NCBI GenBank assembly: GCA_016748015.1
Contig: JAAOMT010000526.1
Span: 1 to 24,810 of the forward strand
Direction of reading: 5' to 3'
DNA from: Geosiphon pyriformis uo1
Lineage: Eukaryota > Fungi > Glomeromycota
DNA: 24,810 bases
Part shown: piece by piece, positions 1 to 11,591 of the stretch
Numbering within the stretch: the first letter of the stretch is position 1
Layout: each line of letters opens with the position of its first letter
Notes under the pieces: generated by a model
Database searches by the model: none
Seen by the model: the letters and a program-made list of their open reading frames with translations, nothing else
What the model was told of the DNA's origin: nothing
Translations under genes and position numbers: made by a program

Positions 1-741
1 CTGCTTGTATATTAAACCCAAATAGATATCAAACAAACCACCCAAATTCATGGAAGCATAAACAGCTTTGTGATTGGTATTAAAATAGTCCTCAACATCA
101 GCCATACTATCATCTACTATAGCATTGACCAAACATGAAAAAATAAGAATATAATTGAGAGCTTTAGTGACACCACAAAAATTGGTCCACATAGGTGTCT
201 TAACAAACAAACTTTCTCTTAGAGAATTAACTAAACCCAAATCAAAGCACTTCTTGAAGCTAGTATACTTCCAGGTCCCGTCTTTATTGAAATCACCATC
301 CAAAATAACAAAGGAGAACTTATTTACTGCCTTTACAATAAAAGAGTTGATTTTACCAGCCTGAAAAAACCAAACCACCAACAAAGCACCAGCATAGAGT
401 CCTAAAATTGACACAGAAAGATTATTTTTGAAGAGTAACTTGAGAGAAAGAAGTTAACCAAAAACTTTGGAAACCTTATACATATGTCTTGCCAAAGAAT
501 TGTTCATGATAATTGCAACATCAGAACCCAAATGATCAAAGTACAAACCAGATGTGAAAATCCAGACACTATCAAATTTATTTATGATCCATGAGTGAAT
601 CTTGCCCCTTAACTTAGTTTCAATAACAATAGAAATCAAATTGTTCCTTTCTTTATGCCAATGAATTACATCATGCTGTTTTGCAAAATTATTCAAACCC
701 CTAACATTGTATGTGGCAATCTTCCAAACTAGACTGGTCAT
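1..741 (-). pseudogene. ORF2 N-terminal APE endonuclease domain of copy A, disrupted
   Basis: MTSLVWKIATYNVRG, ETKL, ILDGDFN and TNHKAV (TDH equivalent); in-frame stops. Confidence 0.9.
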
Positions 742-2580
742 TGAGAAGGAGTTTTGAAAAGTGCACTGCCAGCCAAAATTGAACCATTAAATCTCGCTGT
801 AAGACTTAGAACTGAAGCAGAAAGTCTTTCCAACATGTTTTCCAATTTTTTTACTTCAAGAGAAGCAAAAGAGTCCAAAGTCGCAGCAGTTTCACCATTT
901 GTGGTCTCACTCAAACCCTTTTTCATCACTACATCACTCACCTGATTCTGTAATGGGAAGGTCACCAGCAGCTAATATTCAGAGCTAGGCTGGGAAACTG
1001 CTAGCATAAATAAGTTCAACCTCTTAGCCAACTCACTAATTTGTTCCATAAGGCTGGCAAGACTGCTTTCCAAAACAGTAAATCTTTTTTCAACATCACT
1101 TATATCAGGGAGAATAGGCTTTATCTCCAAAGAGAAGCCAGAATTGATTGACACTTTTCACACAGAAAGAGGAAGAAAAGCATTTTCACCAACAATTTTT
1201 GCCCAAAAAACCCCACCAAAAGCAACAGGATGAGCAATCAGAACCAAATGCTTAGCATAGATGGTTGCCAACCTGCTTTTATTTATGTCTGAGAAAGGTC
1301 TGTGAGAAGATTTCTCAGAGGAAAAATTCACACCTATAGCACAGCCCAAAGATATATGACTCAATCTCTCACACTCAATACATTTAGAAAAATCCAAAGG
1401 AGACCAATACATATTCACACTCCTTAAAACTGAAGTAATTTCTATGACAGCATTCAAAGAATTGGCCAATTTAAAACAAACAACAGTGCATTTGGCCTGA
1501 GCATACATAACAGAATGATGATTTATTGTACATGTTTTTCCATTCACAGAGCCAATATAGTCCCAGATGTTATAAGCAGTTGTTCCTATTGACAGAGTAT
1601 AGAGCAAAGCCCTATGTTGATTTCTCATGTCCCACAATTCTTTGTCTCAATCAGCTCTGGCCACATGCACAGCATCTTTTTCAATTAAGATAGACCAACA
1701 AACAGTGACTAAATTAGCCTGTTCACTCTTACTAAATTCAACTATAGCCTTTTGCCACAAACCCACCAACTGCATTTTGATTGACATTACTACACCAAAA
1801 CCAGATAGTACAGCATGCACAGCTTCAGTTGATGTTTCAACAGGAATTTTCTTTAATACCACAGCCCAATCTGAACACTCAAATGATTTTTTGAGATCGG
1901 AGTTTACCAAAATTTTTATTTCTACGGCCTTTTTAGAAGCCTGCACCAGACTCAATTCGGAAGTAAACATTGCTCTGATGATCCCAGCAAATTTTGAAGA
2001 GGTAAAGATCTCTCCAAAACTATTGATTTTTGAAAACAATTTCCTGACAACCACAAGTTTTTCTTGAATAGATTTCTTAACAATATTATCCAAGTTAATA
2101 TCCAAAGTGAAAGACTTTCTGACAGAAACATTGACTAAGTTTTTCAAAGGGAGAGAGAACCACAGGTTTGTTCAAAAGTATATCATCAATATTATCACCC
2201 AAGAAGTTAATTTTCCCCAGTGGCTTCCCAAGTGTTTTTTTGGTATGAATCCTTGAACTTTTAGATATTTGCTTTGAGTTTTCTCCAGTAAGAGCTCTAC
2301 CATCTTTATGGTCAAAGCTAGTTTCCTTAACTAAACATTTCTCCTCTATATCCATATTATTAGACTCAGTAATATCACCAGTTTTAGAACCTCAAGAATA
2401 ACCACTTAACACCTTAGTAGTAGCAAATTTTCTATTACCAATATTATCCTCCAAAACACCATCTTTTCTCTTTTTTCTGGACTCAGTAGACTTGACACCA
2501 ATGTTAAAGCTAGGCTCCATAATTGACTTGTTTAGAACTGCAATACTAGGGCCAACAGTGGTCTTGTAGTCAAGCACAAA
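738..2580 (-). pseudogene. ORF1 (nucleic-acid binding: RRM-like repeats, CCHC knuckle, C-terminal coiled coil) of copy A, disrupted; start approximate
   Basis: Fragments 2392-2631, 2095-2355, 1647-2147, 1158-1637 (CIECERLSHISLGC = CX2CX4HX4C), 972-1154 and 738-965 (heptad-like LESSLASLMEQISELAKRL). Confidence 0.85.
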
Positions 2581-2690
2581 CAGTTTGGAATTAGCATATT
2601 GAATGATAAAAATAGAAAATACTTCTTTCAAAAAATATTTAGGCTCTTTTTTGAGAATTTGGGATAAATGAAAGAAAGAAGTTTTTTTTT

Positions 2691-2890
2691 GCTATTTGTC
2701 TTGTAACAAATAAAAAATAACCTAAAAAAAAATTTATTGATAAATTTACTTTAAATTTTAAATTTTTTTTAATTAATATATCTTATTATATTAACAAAAA
2801 ATTTATATTTTAATTATACTAAATTTAAACAAATTATTTATTAATAAATAAATAAATATTTATAAAAAATTTATTTTTGCAATAAAAATT
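2691..2890 (-). mobile_element. Very old, AT-converted LINE ORF2 relic (left part of the target into which copy B inserted)
   Basis: atattaacaaaaaa..tatactaaatttaaacaaattattt..ttttgcaataaaaatt aligns by eye to 5090-5210 (atgttaacaaaaaa..cacactagatttagacaaaccctct..ttttagcaattgagatc), with most C/G replaced by T/A. Confidence 0.7.
2874..2890. repeat. Left target-site duplication of copy B
   Basis: tttttgcaataaaaatt matches 9673-9688 tttttgtataaaaatt with one C->T and one indel. Confidence 0.75.
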
Positions 2891-3026
2891 TTTTTTTTTA
2901 ATTCCACTTTTAATGAGTGAAGTCTAACTGCTATTTAGTACATAGAACCAAACTAAGTGACCCAAACTAAATGCAATTTATGCACTTACTACATATGGCT
3001 AGCCATTCAGGCCAGTTAAGGCAACA
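2889..3026 (-). terminator. 3'UTR, ATTAAA signal and poly(A) tail of copy B
   Basis: Minus strand reads ...gacttcactcATTAAAagtggaatt(A)11; homologous to 11458-11591. Confidence 0.8.
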
Positions 3027-6000
3027 CTACACATCTATAATAACACTAACAACACCACCTAGATCAGAAAAAAAACAGTATGGCAAATGACAACCAAAGC
3101 TAACAGTAAATAATTCGACCACACCAAGCATTCTAACCACTTCACCTGACAATACAGATGAAACATCACAAGACAGACCAGAAACAACTCCACCCTCAAC
3201 AACCAAATCAGTCTTCTCTATCTGCACCCTATGCTCAGACTTTATCAATTATGCTTTTACATGATGTAGATCAGCTATAAACCTAATAAAATTGACAACC
3301 TCACCAATGGCCTGCTTCTTATCATTAAATACACCCCGAGTCTTTTCGCATCATTCATTTAGCACAAAGCCTTTACACACAATAGAATACAAACCAACAT
3401 CCAAAAAACAGGTAGACAATGTCCACAAAACAGCTGAAAACAACGAGTCACAAAGACCTGCCACCAAAATCCAACGAGCAGAAGTCTCAACCAGAACCTC
3501 ACCATGAATAACAACATCCTGAGAGCATGTGAAGACATGGTCAGAAAATTCCACTTCACCACACAGCAGGCACAATATGCCAGGATAACTCTTATTATAC
3601 AGTCTTTTTTGAACAGCTATCAGAAGACATTTGTGTACAGCCTTCATCAAATATGAGTGCAAGTTCAAAGTTTTTTGACCAGTGAATCCAGCAAGCATAT
3701 AAGAGTCCAGATGCCAAATCTTCACAGTAGAAATCCAGTCTACACACCCAATCAAGTCAACAGGTATCACACCCACACCAGCCCAGCCTCCCAGTAAGCA
3801 TGATTAATAGATCAAAAAATGTCCCTTACAAAGTGACGAGCATTGCCAAAGATTGCTGTGTTTTCAGCCACCAAATAACGTTCATGAACCCCTGCCAACA
3901 AAGAGAAGGGAGATTGAGCAGCTTTCCCAGCCATTAAATCAGTCTTGGCATTATCTGAAACACCAAAATGGCCCTTAACCTTAACCCAAACCACTTCGAG
4001 ATCTTTTTCCTTAACCAAATTGAAAATATGGCATCTTTCTAACCAGCACCAATTACAAAAATCAGGCATAGCACAAGACAACTCCGACAAACAGACATCA
4101 ATAACAGCTTGGCTATTAATATGCAAAATCACCTAACAAAAAGAAAGTACACACTCAAGAGCCAATGCAACAGCCTGCAACTCAGCCAGAGTAGAGGACA
4201 ATAGACTACTAACCACAACACCAATACTCTTATCCAAAACCGGAAAATATGTAGCAGCACTACAAACAGCATTAACTGAGCCAGCATTTCTCAAAGATCC
4301 ATTAGTATACACCCCATTTTTCACCAGAGAAAACACATTAGAATCTAAAATGTTCATATTAACAGATTGAACAAAACCAGCAAAACTGGAAGCAGAAAAG
4401 TCCTGAACCAACATAAACTTGGACATGACCAAGAACCAGCATGGCACAAGGCCCCATGGGTCCAATCTCTTCCAACAACAAAAGGTCTTCCAATTCAGCA
4501 CATGGCCCCTCTTATCCAAAAGCCAATCACCAAAAGCAACCCCAAAATGCTTTAGAAAGTGAACAGAATTAAAATACTCAGAACTACCTAGAATTAATGA
4601 AAGTGGAAACTGATCTGGACTGCGAAAGACATTGGGAAGGTTGTTAGCCAAAGAAAGCTCATTACTCAAAAAAATTTTCGCAATCCCAGCCAAAAAATTG
4701 TTGACTGGACTAACACGCAGCTTGACAGGAAACTGCAAAGGATCCAGAGGAGCCCAACCAAGAACCTGCAAGTCCAAAAACCTATGATCGAACAAATGCC
4801 CAAGGACCCCAGAGGCATTAAAAAAGGACACTAAAGCAGCAATCTTCTCTTCAGATTGCACTTGTTCAAAAGTTTTCAAGCCATACAAAGAAGGGTGATA
4901 TAAGATAGCATCTGGAAAATCATGAGGCAAACCAGCTTTGGACTTAAGACTCTTTTTAACTATGACATCCCATTTGCAACAAACACCAGACAAAACAAAA
5001 CTAAATTGAGTCCGGTAACTAACAATAGGCTGTAAGACAGCCGAAACCAAATACGAGAACTGTTTATCCATGATAGCCTTCCTGAGCATGATGTTAACAA
5101 AAAAACAAACATCAGAATAAGCTTTGGACACACTAGATTTAGACAAACCCTCTGTAGATAAGAAGATACCCAGATAACAATAAGCTTCGCCCTTTTTAGC
5201 AATTGAGATCGGCTGATCACAAATACTCAGAGAGGCAACTCTAACACCTTGGTTAATAGAAATAGCTACTGTCTTATCATTATTAATAGAAATATCATTG
5301 ATTTCGAAGAACTCACTGGCAATGTTCAGAGCGTACTAAATGGAGGCCTGACAATTTTCAATCCAAATCATATCATTGACGAATGCACCAGCTGCCAAAT
5401 AAGATGTCATCCCACCCACACTTTCAACTCTGCTTGTCTTTGCAACAAACTTAGAATTAACATGGTATCTACACAAATGCTTGTGTTTTTTTACTTTACA
5501 TAAGAGTAAATCATAAAAAATTCTCTATAAGAGAGGTGAAAAAACTTCACCCTGGTCCAATTCATTATGTACACTATAGCCATTTGACAAGCCAAAATCA
5601 GTCATCACCCTGTTAACCCTATCCTCGTGAATGTTTTCAAAAAATCTAATAAACCGCTTACACATTTTGATGCACTACAAACTAGCTCTTAAGTGAAACC
5701 AATTAACAGAATCATACACCTTCCGCATATCCTGCAAAACCAACCAAATTTCTCTATTTTTTCCAAGAACATTCTCCACAACTGAACCAACTGCAAACAC
5801 TGGAGATAGTCTAGAAGTATCTCGGAGTACTGAAAAATTATCACCCCAGAGAACACCAAACTTACTACAAGTTAAAGAGATGTGATCAAACAAAATCTTA
5901 AACAAAATTTTTCTGGCAGTCTTAATCAGAGCAATAGGTTAAGTGTTTGTAAGAGCCCCATCCCAATCATAAGGCTTGGGAATCATTGAGACCCATGCTC

Positions 6001-7687
6001 TTTTCCAAAAAACAGGCACCATGTCAACAGATAAGCACACATTCAGCAACACCAAAAGGCATTCCAACACCTTACCACAACCATGTTTCCAAAGTTCATT
6101 GGGAATGCCAGACAAGCCAGTAGCTTTGCCATCAGAAAGACCATTAGTAACTGAAAGTAATTCACCCATGCTAATTGCATTCATTACACTAGAAAAGGCA
6201 TCATCCCTAACATAGTTCAAAGGTGCATACTGACGAGCCCAGAGATCAAGCAGCACCATAGGCATCACATGCTTCCGTGTTCAACTCTCCATAATTTTGT
6301 CAACACTTAACCTGACCTCCTCCGGCTTCAATATCAACTCATAATCAACCACCAAGTGATCTAACACCATCTTTCGAAACAGCTGATTTAGAACACTCCT
6401 AATTATACTCTTTTTGTCTGAGCAAAATCGTTCTATATGCTTCTCAATAGCCTTTTTGATAGTAGTCTCTTGCAACAACTTTGACTTAAACATCTTGGAT
6501 TTTCTGTACCCTTTTCTGACAAGTTACAAGTAACTAAGAAAGTCCTCCACTTTTTGGCCACCACAAACTATGTTCTCCAAAATGAGAGCTTTATTGGCAT
6601 CCAGAGCCGACCATTTTTTCACAAATTGATCGAAACCAGAAGTATTAGCAAAGGTTAGGCATTTGACTATCTTGGCAACCAGAAACTCCAAACCCAGGAA
6701 CTTAAAAGAATGTTTATCTTTTGAGCACTGAAAATCACAGAACCAATGTCTAGAAAATATTTCATCTGCAAAATTCACCACCACCTTTTTCAGCAAAGAC
6801 CACATAGCATCCAAATCAAGACCAGCAGCAGCGCCAAAAAACCTTCCTTTTACCTCCAACATCTTAGCAAAAGAACATTTCTTAAAACGGGACCACCCAG
6901 CACTATTAACATTCTTGATTCTAAACTTCCAATAATCTTTGTTGGCCTGCTTACACAAACCATTTAGCCAAACATTTAAGAGTCCACCCAGGCCAACCAA
7001 AACTATGACAGATTTGTGATCCATATTGAAGAAATCAGAAACAGAATTGACACAATGCTTCACAACAGCAGAAGATAGAGTTCCACTAACAAGAATAAAA
7101 TCAATTGTCTTCTCCACCCCCTTAAAATTGCTCCATGTAGCCATTTTGACCAAAGAGTGTCTAGCAAAAGAATTAACTAAACCCAAACCCAAACAGAACT
7201 TAAAACTTGTACTCCTCCCAGAGTCATTTTCATTGAAATTGCCACCCAGAACAACAAAAATGCTGGAGTTAACAGCCTTAGTAATAAAAAAATTCACTGC
7301 AGAAGCCTGAACAAACCTAGTCTCAGAAGAAGCACCAGCATACAAACCCAGAATTGTAACTGAAAGCTTGCTTTTAAACAAAAGCTGAATCGAAATCAAA
7401 TGACCAGGAACCTCCTCAACCCTAGAAACATGGTGAGCCAAAGAGTTGTTTATGATCACAGTAACGCCAGTACCGAGATAACCAATATCCAACCCAGAAG
7501 TAAAAATCCGAACCCCATCAAATTTGTCTTTGATTTATAATCCAGAAAAAGATCTCAATTTTGTCTCAGTAACAAAAAAAACCATATTTTCAGAACTCAC
7601 ATGTTCACGAACAATGTCTGTCTGTTTTGCAGGGACATTGATACCCCAAACGTTGCATGTAGCAAATTTTCAGATCAGACCACTTAT
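3027..7687 (-). pseudogene. ORF2 (APE endonuclease, reverse transcriptase, RNase H, Cys/His motif) of copy B, disrupted
   Basis: EN: FATCNV, LGGNFNE, TIDFIL, MDHK. RT: KATGLSGIPNELWK, MIPKP, LQDMRKVYDSV, AFVND at 5372-5383 (catalytic D->N). RNase H: VYTNGS, AELQAV, NSQA, WVKVKGH. C-terminal CLLCGEVEFSDHVFTC. Start decayed ATG->ATA at 7687. Confidence 0.95.
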
Positions 7688-9552
7688 TGGGATGACGGAG
7701 GTAGTGACAAACCTGAACAAAAACACAAAAGATCTAATCTCACCATGATTGAACTGAACAAAGCCTCCAAAGCAGACATTTTAGACTCCAAACTGCCCAT
7801 CTTGGAAGTGAAAACCTTTGAACCACTCGAACTAAAACCATTTGTAGATCCACCACCACTTGAAAAGGGAGAAGCAGGCAAAGCCAACATACTATCCAGA
7901 GCCATATCTGAATCCACAACCAGAGCCGAAAGCACAGACACAGCCAAAGGAGAAGCACAAAATAGAGACGCCAATAGTACCAGTTCAACAAAACTCAATT
8001 TTTTAAGAATGACAGAAACTTGATCTGATAGAATTTCCAAAGAGTGCTCCAAAACTGCCAAATGCTTACCCAATCCATTGACTTGAGGACTGGAAAAACC
8101 CAAAGAGAGAGGTGAACCACTAGAGAGCACACCAGAACCAAAAGGGGAGCCACCAGAAGAGGCATCAAGAAACACTACCTAAGCCCACAATTTGCCACCA
8201 AAGGCAGCAGAACGGGAGATAGGAACCTTCTTTTTCGCATACAACTTAGCCAACCGAAAACAATCAAAACCAGAAGCAGGCTTTTTGAATGAACTTGAGA
8301 GCTCAGAAGATGATGCTACCAATGCATCACACTTCAGGATCGAATGGCCAAAATGTCCACACTTTTTACATTTAACCAAATCCAATCTGGCCCATGAGAA
8401 TCACACACCACCAAAAATAGGCTCAGTATGAAAGACAGTATCCAAATCCTTCTTAGATTCAAAGCCAACAACAGTGCAATAAACCCTATTACCAGTGTCT
8501 AATAAACAATTGATGATACATGTTTTCTCACCAGCCCTATTCAAAAAAGTATCAAGATTATGCACAGTTGTTCCCATTGGCAAGATAAACAGAAGTGCCC
8601 TGAATTAGTTCCTAGAAGCCCAAGTTTCACAATCTTCTATGGCCATAGCCACACAAACCAAGTTTTTCCCAATCAGGAATAACTATTTTGAAGCCAACTG
8701 CGCAGCCTGATCAGAATCAGCAAATTCTACCACAGCTTTTTGCCATAAACCAATTAGTTGAATTTTAATTGATTTAATTTTGCCAAATTCAGCTATTGCA
8801 GTAACAATCATATTTTTAGGCGTGTTCATGAGAATTTTTTTAATTACTATGGCCCAATTCAAATGAATTCCTTGTTTTTTAAGATCACTGTTTATGTTGA
8901 TCCCATTTTCACCAGCCAATAAAATGGCCTTTTTCATGCTTTTCTCTGATGTAAATGTTGATTTGATAATCCGTTCAAATTTTGAGGGAGTAGTGGCCCT
9001 CCCAAAACCATTGATTTTTGAAAAAATTTTTCTGATGAACTGAGTTTTTGATGTAGCCAATTTCTTTTTCACAGCCAAAAGATTGATATCTAAAGCAAAT
9101 GATTTCTTAACTAACACCTCCACAGGAGTTTTAATAATCTTGGGATCAATTCAAATCTTTTCCAAAGGAATTTTGTTTTTAAGGGAGGGTGGAAAAGGCT
9201 TTACCTTTTCATCTATCTCAAAGTCAAGAGGATCAATAGGAGAACCAAAATTCACACTAGTATTCACTCATTTAGTCTTGGGAGTATAAACAGCCAAATC
9301 CAAGAGAGAACCATCAAAATCACCAGACATACTAACATCTTCATTATCACCAGAAAGACTGTCTACATCAGAATATACACTAACACCAGAACCAGACTTT
9401 AAAGAGATATTCTTTTCATTATCAGAGTGTTTAACATTCCCAAGAGGAGTTTTCTTTCTTTATAAAAAGGAACCACCAGCAGAACCATGAAACACACCCT
9501 TAGGAACCTTCTTACTAGACATGCTACCACTAGAAAGAGTCTCCAAATCCAT
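7684..9552 (-). pseudogene. ORF1 of copy B (RRM-like domains, CKKCGHFGHSILKC knuckle, coiled-coil C-terminus), disrupted
   Basis: ATG at 9552 (MDLETLSSGSMSSKK...); fragments 8683-9123, 8401-8583, 8179-8385 and 7684-8175. Confidence 0.88.
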
Positions 9553-9672
9553 GACAAAAGGGTTGTTAGTTAAAGAAATGTTAAAATAAAACTAATAGGA
9601 AAAAACAGAAAAACTTCTTTCTCGAAAAAATGCTCTTTGGGGAATTTTAGACATAGAAGAGAAAAAAGTTTT

Positions 9673-9688
9673 TTTTTGTATAAAAATT
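9673..9688. repeat. Right target-site duplication of copy B
   Basis: tttttgtataaaaatt; partner of 2874-2890. Confidence 0.75.
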
Positions 9689-10310
9689 AACAAATTATTA
9701 ATTAGCAGAAAAACTTTTTTAATCTTTTAGTCAATAGTTATTATTTTGTTAATATTTATTAAGATATTATTAATAATAAAAATTTATTTGTAATATTTAA
9801 AATATATTAAATAATAATTTTATTATTTTTAATTTTTAATAAATATTTAATTATTAAATATAAAATTAAACTAGTTTGTATTTTAATTTTATTAATTTTA
9901 ATAATAAACTTAAAATTTATTTTATAATTACATAAGTATTTATGTTTTTTTATTCTAAACAAAAAAAAATCATAAAATTTTTTTTAAAAACTAAAAAAAA
10001 AATTTTATCTTAATCTAAACTATTATTTATTATATAATTATTAATTAAATTAAAATTTGTTATTATTTTATTTACATAATTATTGTAAAATTTTCAAAAA
10101 ATTTAACATATTTTATAAACCAATTAAAGTTTTTAAATTTTTTAATGTTTTATTATTATTAAACCAATTGTAAAAATCAAAAATTAAGTTAAAATAATTT
10201 TTAAAACCAAAAAATTTTTTACTTAAAAAATATTAAATTTGCTATAAACAGCCAAAAAATAATTAAACAAAATCATAAAAAATTTTTTTAACAATCTTAA
10301 TTAAACAATT
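9673..10310 (-). mobile_element. Very old, AT-converted LINE reverse-transcriptase relic (continuation of 2691-2890)
   Basis: Colinear by eye with 5195-5935. aatagttattattttgttaatatttattaagatattattaat matches aatagctactgtcttatcattattaatagaaatatcattgat. aaatcataaaa..ttttcaaaaaatttaa matches aaatcataaaa..ttttcaaaaaatctaa. aaacaaaatcataaaaaattttttta-acaatcttaat matches aaacaaaatcttaaacaaaatttttctggcagtcttaat. Confidence 0.8.
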
Positions 10311-10529
10311 TAATAATTTTGCTATTTGACAAATTTTTAATTATATTATATAATTTTTTATAATTAATACTTAACATAATCTTGCTAAAAACATATTATT
10401 ATTAGTAAAAAGCCAAAATCTTTTTTAATACTAATTTTTTTTGTTAATTTTCTATAAAATTAAAATTAATAGTTTTTTATTATTTTTAATATTGGTATTA
10501 ACAAATATAATTTAATTTATATTAAGTTC

Positions 10530-11457
10530 AAACTTTTTTTTTCCTATGTTTTAAATTTTCCAAAGAGCATAATTTTGAAAAAAAAGTTTTTTGTTTTTTT
10601 TTTAATATTTTTTAATATTTTTTAAGCTAATAACCTTTTTATTGTGAACTTGAAAACTGTTTTAAATAATAATATATCTAAAAAAAATACACAAAAAGGC
10701 TTTTATGATCTTATTAAAAGCTATTTTTCTCAAAAAAAGAAAATCATTTTTAATATGTTAAATACTTTAGTAATGAGAAAAATATTTTTTTGATTAGATC
10801 TAGTTCTAATAGTAGTGTTTATTCAAATAAATAATAAGTCTAATAATAATAAAAACAATAATTTTATAACTGGTATTAATAATAGCATTTTTTGGATTTA
10901 ACTATTACTATTTTTAAAACCAAAAAAATAATTTTTGGTTTGAATTGTGGCTTTTTTCTTAGTTTTTTTGTTTTTAATATAGAAAAAAAAATTGGTTCTT
11001 TTTTATTTTCTTCTAATATTTCATTAGACAAAAAATAAATTAACTTTAAGATAATAAAAATTCAAGTTAAAATAGCTATTAAGAAATTTTTTGCTTTAAA
11101 TATTAATCTTTTAGCTGTAAAAAACAAGTTAGTAACAGTAAAAACTCAGGTAATCAAGAAAATTTTTTCAATAATCAATGGTTTTAGAAGACTACTATTT
11201 TCTCAAAATTTAAAAAAATTATCAGATCAATATTTATACAGAAAAAAACATAAAAAAAGCTGTATTATTGGCTAAAAAAAAAGATATTTATTATAAATAA
11301 TAATCTTAAAAAACAAAAAATACATTCAAATTAAGCTGTAATAATCAAAAAAAATTTATAGATATGCTAAAAAAAATAATTATTACTACAGTAGTCAAAT
11401 TTGGTCAAATTGTGTTTATCAAATTATAATTAATTAAGCTGTAGTAAAAGACTATAG
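10530..11457 (+). mobile_element. Old AT-converted LINE relic on the + strand (5'UTR plus first half of ORF1, copy-B subfamily), interrupted by copy C
   Basis: aacttttttt..ttttccaaagagcat matches the copy B 5'UTR. Translation still gives KKFFALNINLLAVKNKLVTVKTQVIKKIFSIINGF ... KFGQIVFIKL*LIKL**KTIV, against copy B KKSFALDINLLAVKKKLATSKTQFIRKIFSKINGF ... EFGKIKSIKIQLIGLWQKAVV. Confidence 0.88.
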
Positions 11458-11591
11458 TTTTTTTTTTTAATCACATTTATTGAGTGAAGTCCAAATGCAA
11501 ACTAGTGCAATACATCAATATATAATCTAAACTAGGTGCGAATCATGCATTTTCTACACGTGAATAGCCACTTGAGCCAATCAGAATGACA
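11458..11591 (-). terminator. 3'UTR, AATAAA signal and poly(A) tail of copy C
   Basis: Minus strand reads ...gacttcactcAATAAAtgtgatt(A)11. Confidence 0.8.

Larger units (their letters stand above)
1..2684 (-). mobile_element. LINE-like non-LTR retrotransposon copy A (5' part; continues beyond the left edge), degenerate
   Basis: 5' end (minus: aaacttctttctttcatttatcccaaattctcaaaaaagagcc) resembles the copy B 5' end. ORF1 fragments at 738-2631 are followed by APE endonuclease fragments. Closely paralogous to copy C (15530-17094). Confidence 0.92.
2889..9672 (-). mobile_element. Full-length (~6.8 kb) LINE-like retrotransposon copy B with poly(A) tail and target-site duplication, degenerate
   Basis: T11 tail at 2889-2899, 3'UTR 2900-3026, ORF2 3027-7687, ORF1 7684-9552 and ~120-nt 5'UTR. 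Flanked by tttttgcaataaaaatt / tttttgtataaaaatt. Confidence 0.95.

Noticed and set aside
9673-11457. AT-rich block as organellar insertion, origin or centromere core
   Set aside because: Most of it aligns to LINE ORF2 or ORF1; only ~10310-10529 is unassigned and too degraded to call.
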